This document shows positions 56,116 through 64,000 of a stretch of DNA of 64,000 nucleotides, in pieces (position 1 is the first letter of the stretch; each line of letters starts with the position of its first letter). The notes under the pieces are model-generated. The model did no database searches. It was not told the DNA's origin and was given only the letters and a program-made list of their open reading frames with translations. The position numbers and the translations under genes were made by a program. Source of the DNA: Dehalococcoidia bacterium (GTDB lineage: Bacteria; Chloroflexota; Dehalococcoidia; Plut-88900); the NCBI GenBank assembly GCA_965197645.1, contig OZ240219.1, forward strand, positions 2,144,001 to 2,208,000. Reading direction: 5' to 3'.

Positions 56116-57867
56116 TTAGGTCTGGGAGAGACGCCGCCTGAAATAGATGGTGATAACCAGCAGGACGGTTACCGCGAACAGGACCAGGGCGGAGACGGCG
56201 GACATCATCGGCGCGAACTCGGCTACTATGCCGTCCCACATGTTGACCGGAAGGGTCCGGAAGGTGGGGTCCCTCACCCAACTGGCTATGATCGCCTCGT
56301 TGAACGAGACCAGAAAAGCGAACAGTCCGGCCACTATCATTCCGGGATAGACCTGGGGCAGCAGGACCCTGACCCAGGTCTTCCAGCGGCTTGCTCCCAG
56401 ACTCATAGCCGCCTGTTCGTGGACGGCGTCAGCACTCCGTAGGGTTGCGTTCAGGATGATCACCACGAACGGTAGCGCCAGCAACGAGTGGGGGATCACC
56501 AGCCCTATCATCGTACCTATCAACCAATAAACGTTGTTGAAGTAGAAGAGCCACAGAGCCAGGCCGGTCATGGTAGTGGGTATTATCAGGGGGGTTAGTA
56601 CCAGGCCGCTGAGAATTCCCTTGCCGGGGAAGCTGCCCCGCACCAGGCCATAGGACACCAGGGCGCCCAGGGGCACCGCCACCACCACCACGATGGCGGC
56701 AACCTCCAGGCTCGTAATCGTAGCCTGTATCCAGTCCACGCCGCTCTCTCCGCTGGTGAAGTAGTTCTTGATCCACCTGAAGCTGAAATCTGTAGGCGGG
56801 AAATAGATGAACTGCTTATCGTTGAATCCCAGGGGTATGACAATGAGGCTGGGCAGTATCAGGTAGAAAGATATGAGGGATACCATGACGGAAAGGGTGA
56901 TGCGTCTCCGTCCATCCACGGCATCCCAGTTTGCTCGCATGTGCATCAGTGCGTCGCCGGCGCGATACATGGCGCCGAAACCTATGAACCGGGCGAAGAT
57001 GAGGTAGAGGAGCAGGATAACCCCCAGTAGTATCATCGCTCTTGCCGCGCCCACTGAGCTGCCGGAACCAATGAAGGAGGCCATGCCCCTATCGTTTACA
57101 GTGCCCAGCACCACCGGGGCCACCGTGTGTCCCGCGCTGAGGATGAGGACCAGCATCGCTCCGGCAAAGACACCCGGCATGCTCATGGGCAGGAACACCT
57201 TCCGGAAGGCCTGGAAGGGGCTGGCGCCGAGGCTCTGGGCCATTCTGGGCAGATTTGGCGGAATTCCCCTCATGACCGCGTACATCGGCAGGATCATGAA
57301 GGGCAGAAAGATGTGAACCATCCCCACGCTGACCGATGTCTGATTGAACAGCAGCTCCCACGGCTCGTCGGATATCTGTAGGGTCTGGATCGCATCGTTG
57401 ACCGGTCCTCGCCGTCCCAGGATCACCCGCCATGAGTAGGTCTGGGCAATCAAACTGGTAATGAAGGGAATGAGCACCGCCACCAGCACCACCCCTCGTG
57501 CCCTGCCCCAGCTTGTTGCCAGGAAGTAGGCCACAGGATAGCCGAGAAGGATGCAGGCGAGCGTGGTCGTAGCGCAGAGCTCGACGGTGGTCTGCCATAT
57601 CTTCCAGTAGTCAACTCCTCGGAAGTTGATGTCCAGCGCTTCTCTATAGGCCTCGAGTCCGAAATCGCCCCTGAAGTAGAAGCTGCTCTTCAGCGTGTCG
57701 AACATTGGGACGATGAAGAAGGCTATCAAGAGAGCCGCGGCAGGCAGCACCAGAAGGAGGTAGTATCCCTCCTGCTTGGCCCTGATTATCAACAACCTTC
57801 TCTGGCCCGGCTCCCTTGCGCCGGACAGGCTGGAGATGGCTCGTTGGGCTGTGGCAACGCCTAGCAT
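56116..57867 (-). CDS. Fused double ABC permease, PotB/PotC-like
   Basis: Two EAA-like loops (AQSLGAS, EQAAMSLGAS), FLPFMILPMY, SFNE. Confidence 0.85.
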   Translation of the reverse strand: MLGVATAQRAISSLSGAREPGQRRLLIIRAKQEGYYLLLVLPAAALLIAFFIVPMFDTLKSSFYFRGDFGLEAYREALDINFRGVDYWKIWQTTVELCATTTLACILLGYPVAYFLATSWGRARGVVLVAVLIPFITSLIAQTYSWRVILGRRGPVNDAIQTLQISDEPWELLFNQTSVSVGMVHIFLPFMILPMYAVMRGIPPNLPRMAQSLGASPFQAFRKVFLPMSMPGVFAGAMLVLILSAGHTVAPVVLGTVNDRGMASFIGSGSSVGAARAMILLGVILLLYLIFARFIGFGAMYRAGDALMHMRANWDAVDGRRRITLSVMVSLISFYLILPSLIVIPLGFNDKQFIYFPPTDFSFRWIKNYFTSGESGVDWIQATITSLEVAAIVVVVAVPLGALVSYGLVRGSFPGKGILSGLVLTPLIIPTTMTGLALWLFYFNNVYWLIGTMIGLVIPHSLLALPFVVIILNATLRSADAVHEQAAMSLGASRWKTWVRVLLPQVYPGMIVAGLFAFLVSFNEAIIASWVRDPTFRTLPVNMWDGIVAEFAPMMSAVSALVLFAVTVLLVITIYFRRRLSQT

Positions 57868-58017
57868 GTGTCTAAACGTATAAGGTGGTCTTGCTCAGTA
57901 AAGCGGGCTTCGAGGGGAAAAAGTGAGGCACCGAAAAGCTATAGTATCATAGCATTGTGATTTTTGGTACTTTAGGCGTCCGGCCAGTTATAATTGACAC
58001 ATTAACTCAACACCAAA

Positions 58018-58899
58018 ATGGAGTGCTGTATGCCCGATGAACGGAGGCTGCGCCTTCTGGCGGTAACGGCCCACCCTGACGACGAGACCTTCGGATGTGG
58101 AGGTGTTCTGGCGAAGTACGCCGGCGAGGGAGTCACTGTCTCCGTGGTCTGCGCCACGCGCGGCGAAGCGGGACAGATCAGCGATCCTTCTCTGGCCACC
58201 CAAGAAAACCTGGGAGAGGTCAGGGAGAAGGAGCTACAGCGGGCCTGTCAGGCGCTGGGCGTTCGCAATCTAGAGGTACTGGGTTACAGGGACTCCGGCA
58301 TGGAGGGCACCGAGTCCAACCATGATCCCCGGTCTTTGCTCCAGGCCGAGCGGACCGGGTTGATCGGCAAGATTGTGGCGGCCGTTCGCAAAGAAAAGCC
58401 CCAAGTGGTCATCACCTTCGATCCCTCGGGCGGCTACGGGCATCCGGACCACATCACCATCCACGAGGCCACCTTGAAAGCCTTCTTCTTGGCGTCCGAC
58501 GCCGAGCAGTACGCGGCCCAGCTTACCAACGGTTTGAGTCCCTTCGCACCTCGGAAGCTCTACTACTTCGTGTTTGCTAGAAGTAGCGCCATCGCTTTTC
58601 GCCAGGCCTTGGAGGAGGCGGGCGCAGCCAACGATATCATCGAGAGGGAAGAGTCAATGGGCGTGCCGGACGAAGAGATATCCACGATGCTCGACGTCAG
58701 GCAGTACTCGGATATCCAGGAACGGGCCGCTCGAGCCCATCAGACCCAGATGAGAGAGGACGATGCCTTCGACTGGATGCCGGAAGAGGTCAAAGACCGC
58801 TTCCTGTCAACCGAGTATCTGGTCAGGGCCGTTCCACCCTTTGTCGCTGGTGACGACCCTGTTGAAACGGACCTGTTCGACGGGATATCCGGCCCGTAA
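58018..58899 (+). CDS. PIG-L family deacetylase, MshB/Mca-like
   Basis: AHPDDE, TRGEAG, YRDSGM.G, GGYGHPDH, AHQTQ. Confidence 0.88.
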   Translation: MECCMPDERRLRLLAVTAHPDDETFGCGGVLAKYAGEGVTVSVVCATRGEAGQISDPSLATQENLGEVREKELQRACQALGVRNLEVLGYRDSGMEGTESNHDPRSLLQAERTGLIGKIVAAVRKEKPQVVITFDPSGGYGHPDHITIHEATLKAFFLASDAEQYAAQLTNGLSPFAPRKLYYFVFARSSAIAFRQALEEAGAANDIIEREESMGVPDEEISTMLDVRQYSDIQERAARAHQTQMREDDAFDWMPEEVKDRFLSTEYLVRAVPPFVAGDDPVETDLFDGISGP

Positions 58900-59010
58900 A
58901 AGCCCTCAGTTAAGCGCCCCAAATTCCCGAAAAATTGGCCGTATAGACATTGACACTCCGTGCCTGTAAACAGGTATCATGAATGCAAAGTTCCATTACG
59001 GAGGTAGTAG

Positions 59011-59154
59011 ATGCAGGGTTACTGCGTGAAGTGCAGAGCTTCTAAAGAGATTAGCGGTGCAAAACAGATCACGATGAAAAATGGTCGTCCGGCCACCCAG
59101 GGCACCTGCCCGGATTGTGGCACCAAGATGTTCCGTATCGGCAAGGCGGCGTAA
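59011..59154 (+). CDS. DUF5679-like 47-aa zinc-finger microprotein (absent from the ORF track)
   Basis: MQGYCVKCRASKEISGAKQITMKNGRPATQGTCPDCGTKMFRIGKAA; RBS GGAGGT. Confidence 0.85.
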   Translation: MQGYCVKCRASKEISGAKQITMKNGRPATQGTCPDCGTKMFRIGKAA

Positions 59155-59295
59155 GCAAAACCTGTCCACAAACAACCCGGTAATAACAACGGAGCCGGCT
59201 CTCCATTTCAAGGGAGAGGCCGATACTCAGTTCAAGGCTCTGGTAAAGTGGAATAGACGGCTCTGTTTTTCGGAGATAGTCTCCACGGCAGTCAA

Positions 59296-59337
59296 AATCA
59301 CCCTCGAAACAGTCTGTTCGGGGGTGATTCTCTTTTC
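59296..59337 (+). terminator. Intrinsic terminator
   Basis: AATCACCC...GGGTGATT hairpin followed by CTCTTTT. Confidence 0.65.
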
Positions 59338-59434
59338 ATGCCGGCGGATTAGCACTGCGGCGGACCTGCCTCAGAAACTCGTTTGAGGGAGTACGGAGGT
59401 CGTGTAACAGGGCCGGGACCAGAGTCACGTATAA

Positions 59435-59809
59435 GTGGATAGACAACGGTTCGAAGTGCTGGTGTCCAAGGCATTTGCGGGCCTGGATGAGGAGTTCCGG
59501 TCCAGGCTGGACAACGTCGTCATAGGCGTACAGGACTGGCCTACCCAGGACCAGCTGGAAACCGTAGATCTTCGGGATCGTTGGGACCTACTCGGGCTGT
59601 ACGAGGGCATTCCGCTCACCGACCGGGGCGTCAGCTACAACCTGGTCCTTCCGGATCGCATTACAATATTTCAGAGGCCGGTCGAAGCGGTATGCGCCAG
59701 CGACGAGGAGATAGAGGAAGAGGTGAGGTCCGTCCTCCGTCACGAGATCGCCCATCATTTCGGCATCGATGACGACCGGCTGGACGAGCTGGAGGCAGCA
59801 GACTACTGA
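59435..59809 (+). CDS. Zincin-like metallopeptidase (Zincin_1)
   Basis: LLGLYEGIPLT.R, PDRITIF, HEIAHHFGIDD. Confidence 0.88.
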   Translation: MDRQRFEVLVSKAFAGLDEEFRSRLDNVVIGVQDWPTQDQLETVDLRDRWDLLGLYEGIPLTDRGVSYNLVLPDRITIFQRPVEAVCASDEEIEEEVRSVLRHEIAHHFGIDDDRLDELEAADY

Positions 59810-59827
59810 TCCTGGAGGAACCCCTGG

Positions 59828-61267
59828 ATGTCAAATCAAAATGAGATCGCCTTCATGGACGCCACTGCTCAGGCGGAGCTGGTGCGTCGAAAAGAGATCA
59901 AGCCCATCGAGCTGGTTGACAACGCCATCGAGCGGATCGAACGGCTCAACCCGACACTCAACGCTGTGGTCACCCCGATGTACGATGAGGCGCGGGCCAT
60001 CGCCACCGGCCAGTTGCCGCACGGCCCCTTCACCGGCGTTCCCTTCCTGCTAAAGGACCTGGGGGCCTTCTGCGCCGATGTACAGCTGACCATGGGATCG
60101 GCCTTCATGAAGGACTTCGTTCCCGACCATGACACAGAGCTGGTAAAGCGCTACAGGCGGTCCGGCCTGATCATCCTCGGTAAGACCAACACCCCGGAGT
60201 ATGGCCTTTACGGTACCACCGAACCCCATCTTTTCGGCCCCAGCCGCAATCCCTGGAACACTGACCGGAGCACCAGTGGCTCCAGCGGAGGTACTGCAGC
60301 GGCGGTGGCTTCGGGAATGGTGCCTATGGCCCACGGCAACGATGGCGGCGGCTCCATCCGCGGACCAGCCTCCTTTTGCGGACTCTACGGGCTCAAACCC
60401 ACCCGTGCCAGAAATCCCTTTGGCCCGGACTTCGGCGACCTGGTCGGGGGCCTTCCCAGTGAGCACGTCCTGACTCGGTCGGTGCGGGACAGCGCTGCTG
60501 CCTTGGACGCCACCTCCGGGCCCGATGTCGGGGACCCCTACTGGGCTCCACCACCGGAGGGGCTCTTCCTGGACGAGCTCGGGAAAGATCCAGGAAGACT
60601 GCGTGTGGCCTTGACCGCCCAGGTACCCGGTGGAACGCCGGTACACGACGACTGCGTCGCCGCTGCCAGGGAAGCCGCCGAGCTGTGTCAGCGGCTGGGA
60701 CATGAGGTGGAAGAGGCGATTCCAACCATCACAGAGCCCGCCGATCGGATCAAAGAGGCATACGATCTGCTGTGGCCTGTCTTCGCATCATGGATGATAA
60801 ACAGTGCCGCCAGGGCCAGCGGCAGAACACCCACAGAGGACCAGTTCGAACCGACGACCTGGGAGCTGTATCGCCGGGGCGAGGAGGTCAATGCGGCCCA
60901 GTTTCTGATGGCCAACGAGACCTTCCAGCGGCTGGCCAGGGACATCGCCCGGTTCCACCTGGACTACGATGTGTGGCTCACGCCCGCCGATGCAAATCCG
61001 CCTTTCCTTATCGACTCTCCCCAGCCGTCGGCGGACGATACGCCGGGGGACACCGCGCTCGCTGTCGCTCTGTCCACTTTCACCCAGCTCCACAACATAA
61101 CCGGACAGCCGGCCGCCTCTATCCCGCTCCACTGGAACGCCGAGGGTATCCCAATCGGGGTACAGGTCGCCACGCCCTTCGGGGACGAAGCCACCATGTT
61201 CCGTTTGTCGGCCCAGATGGAGGAGGCGCTGCCGTGGGCTCATCGGCGTCCGCCGGTTTCGGCTTAG
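59828..61267 (+). CDS. Amidase signature family protein
   Basis: [29 protein letters not shown]. Confidence 0.92.
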   Translation: MSNQNEIAFMDATAQAELVRRKEIKPIELVDNAIERIERLNPTLNAVVTPMYDEARAIATGQLPHGPFTGVPFLLKDLGAFCADVQLTMGSAFMKDFVPDHDTELVKRYRRSGLIILGKTNTPEYGLYGTTEPHLFGPSRNPWNTDRSTSGSSGGTAAAVASGMVPMAHGNDGGGSIRGPASFCGLYGLKPTRARNPFGPDFGDLVGGLPSEHVLTRSVRDSAAALDATSGPDVGDPYWAPPPEGLFLDELGKDPGRLRVALTAQVPGGTPVHDDCVAAAREAAELCQRLGHEVEEAIPTITEPADRIKEAYDLLWPVFASWMINSAARASGRTPTEDQFEPTTWELYRRGEEVNAAQFLMANETFQRLARDIARFHLDYDVWLTPADANPPFLIDSPQPSADDTPGDTALAVALSTFTQLHNITGQPAASIPLHWNAEGIPIGVQVATPFGDEATMFRLSAQMEEALPWAHRRPPVSA

Positions 61268-61376
61268 CCATGCGGCGCCTACCTCCGCCTTGTCACCAGC
61301 GCCGGCCGTTTCCTCGTTGCTGTTGACGCGCACGGAATAATATGAGCAGGACCTTAATAACCGAGGAGGAGCTAGA

Positions 61377-62246
61377 ATGCAATACGGAGTAGTTTTCCCG
61401 CAGACTGAAATAGGCTCAGACCCGGGACCCGTGAAAGAGTTCGCCCAGGCCGCCGAACGCTTGGGCTACGATAGCTTGATGATCTACGACCACGTTGTGG
61501 GCGGCGATCCTGCCACCAGGCCCGGTTGGGACGGCTTCTATCAGCTGCAGCACCTGTTCCACGAACCATTCGTCCTGATGGGCTACCTGGCCGGAGCTAC
61601 CGAGAGGATCCAGTTCGTCACCGGAATCATCATCCTGCCCCAGCGTCAGACTGCACTGGTGGCGAAACAGGCGGCGGAGGTCGACGTGTTGAGCGGCGGC
61701 CGGCTGGTGTTGGGGATCGGCGTGGGCTGGAACGATATCGAGTTCGAGGCCCTGGGTGAGAACTTCAAGGACCGGGGACGCCGCTCCGAGGAGCAGATGG
61801 AAGTGCTCAGGACTCTTTGGACCAGCGAGTCGGTGGATTTCACCGGCAAGTGGCACCGCATCGATAATGCCGGGCTTAACCCCCTTCCCGTCCAACGCCC
61901 CATTCCCATGTGGATAGGTGGAGACATCGATGTGGTGCTCAAGAGGATCGGCCGTCTCGGCGATGGCTGGATACCCCTGGGCCTACCGGACCAGTCCAAA
62001 GGCGCCGTGGAAAAGCTGCGGAGCTACACCCGGGACGCCGGGCGGGATCCGGCCGACATCGCCGTGGCTGCGGTGGCCCATCTGGAGACCAGCAGCTTCA
62101 GTGAAGTCATCGATGAGGCCAAGGCCTGGAAGGAGCTGGGCGCCACCCACTTCTACGTCGATACCATGCGGGCCGGCCTGGACACCCCACAGCAGCACAT
62201 CGAGACCATCACCGAGTTCAAGAAGGCCCTCGAGGAGGTGGGCTAG
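61377..62246 (+). CDS. LLM-class F420-dependent oxidoreductase
   Basis: YDHVVG, FHEP, ILPQRQT.LVAKQAAEVD.LSGGR..LGIGVGWN. Confidence 0.9.
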   Translation: MQYGVVFPQTEIGSDPGPVKEFAQAAERLGYDSLMIYDHVVGGDPATRPGWDGFYQLQHLFHEPFVLMGYLAGATERIQFVTGIIILPQRQTALVAKQAAEVDVLSGGRLVLGIGVGWNDIEFEALGENFKDRGRRSEEQMEVLRTLWTSESVDFTGKWHRIDNAGLNPLPVQRPIPMWIGGDIDVVLKRIGRLGDGWIPLGLPDQSKGAVEKLRSYTRDAGRDPADIAVAAVAHLETSSFSEVIDEAKAWKELGATHFYVDTMRAGLDTPQQHIETITEFKKALEEVG

Positions 62247-62827
62247 AGGCAGGGCGAGGCCCTGCACCCATAACATGAAGGAAGAGATCCCGAAGCGCGT
62301 CTTTGCCGGGCCTGCCTGACGGCAAGGCAGGAGCCTGAAAGCCTGCTCTGAGCCCACCGAAGGGGTGTCCCTCGGACACCACTTGTCCTCCCATTCCGGC
62401 CGGCGGATGGTCGAAACAGACCAGATTGCTTCGCTTCCTCCGACCCCCTCAGAACTGACTCTCCCTCGCTTGCAACGACGGCCAAGGCTAGATTGAATCC
62501 ATACCTTCGTCATTGCGAGCCCCGACGAGGTCGGGGCGTGGCAATCTGGCGAGGTGTGGAACCCCTCCCCAGGTGGTTGTTCCCTCCCGCCCACCCTGGG
62601 GGGTTATGTGTCTTGGGGGAACATCCCCCAGGCCCCCTGCCAGAGGCAGGGCGAGGCCCTGCACCCACAACATGAGGGAAGAGAGCGAAGCCCCTTTGAC
62701 GGGAGTCTGAGAGCCTGCCCTGAGCCCGCCGAAGGGGTATCCCTCGGAAATTCTCTTGTTTTCTGTCTCCTTGCCAGGGGGAAGTTCCCATCTGGATTTC
62801 CCCAAAGCGGGGTTCCGAGACAGGCTC
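62245..62827. repeat. Mosaic of family A, B and C repeat modules, including a 43-bp direct repeat
   Basis: 62245-62287 vs 62642-62684 differ at 2 positions; two inverted family C cores; family A right end TTCCGAGACAGGCTC abuts the next stop codon. Confidence 0.8.
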
Positions 62828-64000
62828 ACGCGCTGGTCTTGACGGCGTCTCGAAGCACCTCTACCAGGTGCCTCGCCCTGCGGCCTGTGCCGTGCTCTAT
62901 CTGCTGGCGGCACGAAATGCCGGTCACAGCTACCTCCCACTCCGCTCCCTTGCCCCGCACTGCGGGGAACAACCTGTCCTCACCTATAGCCATCGATAAA
63001 TCGTAGTGCTCCTTCTCATAGCCGAAGGCGCCGGCCATTCCGCAGCACCCCGCATTGACCAGCTCGACCGAGTGGCCCGGCGGCATCGAGAGGGCCTTGA
63101 TAGAGGCCCCCGTACCCAGTAGCGCTTTCTGGTGACAGTGGCCGTGGAACAGGACCGATCTGGAATCGCCGCTAAACGTCAGGCCCAAGTTACCCTGCTC
63201 CTGGCACCTCACCAGGAACTCATCGATGAGAAGCGATTGTTCCGCCACCACCTTCGATTTTTCGTTCCGAAGCAGGTCGGGATACTCGTCCCGAAGGGTC
63301 AGGAGGCAGCTGGGCTCGCACCCGATGATGAGCGTTCCCTGGGATGCCCAGGGATACAGGCGGTCGACGTTGCGTTCGGCCTGGTTCTTTGCCCTGGCAA
63401 GCATCCCCTTCGAGATCATCGGCCGCCCGCAGCAGCCGGCGTTGGCCAGGACCACCCTGTACCCGGCCTGCTCCAGCAGCTCCACCGCGGCGATGCCCAC
63501 CTCAGGGGTGTTGAAGTTCATGAAAGTGTCGTTGAAGAGAACCACTTCACCCTTTGCGCCATCGCCCAGGGGCCGATGCGACCTGAACCACGCCGGAAAG
63601 GTCTGCTTGGCGAAGCTCGGCAACGGCCGGTCTTTGTGCACCCGGAGTAGCGAGTGCAGCAACCCTCGAGCGCCAGGCGCCTTGCTCAGCCAGTTCGATA
63701 TGGGGCTGAGGGCACACCCCAGCCGATTCAGCCGGTTGATGTTGGCGAACAGCCGGGAACGCAAGGGTATCCCGTGGGCTGAGTTGTAATTGTCCAGGAA
63801 CTCGTACTTCAGCTTGGCCATGTCCACCAGCGAAGGGCACTCGCCCTTGCAGCCTTTGCACTCGAGGCACAGGTCCAGAGCGTCGTGGAGTCGTCGGCTG
63901 GCCAGCCCGTCCTTGGACATGGTCCCGGAGAGGACGGCTCTGAGCAGGTTGGCTCGACCCCGCGTCGAGTGCTCCTCCTCCTTTGTGACCTGGTAGGAGG
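62826..64000 (-). CDS. FAD-linked oxidase/Fe-S (GlcD-GlpC-like) protein, C-terminal part, truncated by the window
   Basis: STRGRAN, CLECKGCKGECP, CCGRP, EPSC, HGHCHQ, GCCGMAG.FG, SCRQQI. Confidence 0.88.
   Translation of the reverse strand, partial: SYQVTKEEEHSTRGRANLLRAVLSGTMSKDGLASRRLHDALDLCLECKGCKGECPSLVDMAKLKYEFLDNYNSAHGIPLRSRLFANINRLNRLGCALSPISNWLSKAPGARGLLHSLLRVHKDRPLPSFAKQTFPAWFRSHRPLGDGAKGEVVLFNDTFMNFNTPEVGIAAVELLEQAGYRVVLANAGCCGRPMISKGMLARAKNQAERNVDRLYPWASQGTLIIGCEPSCLLTLRDEYPDLLRNEKSKVVAEQSLLIDEFLVRCQEQGNLGLTFSGDSRSVLFHGHCHQKALLGTGASIKALSMPPGHSVELVNAGCCGMAGAFGYEKEHYDLSMAIGEDRLFPAVRGKGAEWEVAVTGISCRQQIEHGTGRRARHLVEVLRDAVKTSA

Noticed and set aside
55695-56141. ORFs within the intergenic repeat regions (also 52731-52925 and 62243-63006)
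   Set aside because: They translate palindromic repeat DNA and show no protein motifs
50873-62827. CRISPR array from the recurring GGGGG.ACATCCCCC units
   Set aside because: Copies are dispersed over kilobases, with no regular repeat-spacer period and no cas genes

Overview
GC-rich bacterial chromosomal window. Gene content (F420-type LLM/PPOX/DDN oxidoreductases, DinB, PIG-L deacetylase, DUF5343- and DUF5679-like proteins, MetE C-terminal-only protein) points to Chloroflexota, probably Dehalococcoidia/SAR202 (inference). From left to right it holds: a surface-glycosylation trio; an MFS transporter; a stand-alone NuoE/NuoF/FDH-like operon whose large subunit has lost the Mo/W ligand; mutS-mutL; a ccm cytochrome c maturation cluster directly downstream of an alternative complex III (ACIII)-like operon with split ActB; an orphan ftsZ paralog divergent from a DUF5343-like gene; a six-gene lipid operon (nucleotidyltransferase, fatty acyl reductase-PlsC fusion, HAD-IB, Zn dehydrogenase, LarA-like protein, DAG kinase) that looks like a candidate ether-lipid pathway; and catabolic genes separated by nested MITE/REP-like repeats. 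No rRNA, tRNA, CRISPR array or transposase was recognised. All calls come from motif recognition by eye; no database searches were run.
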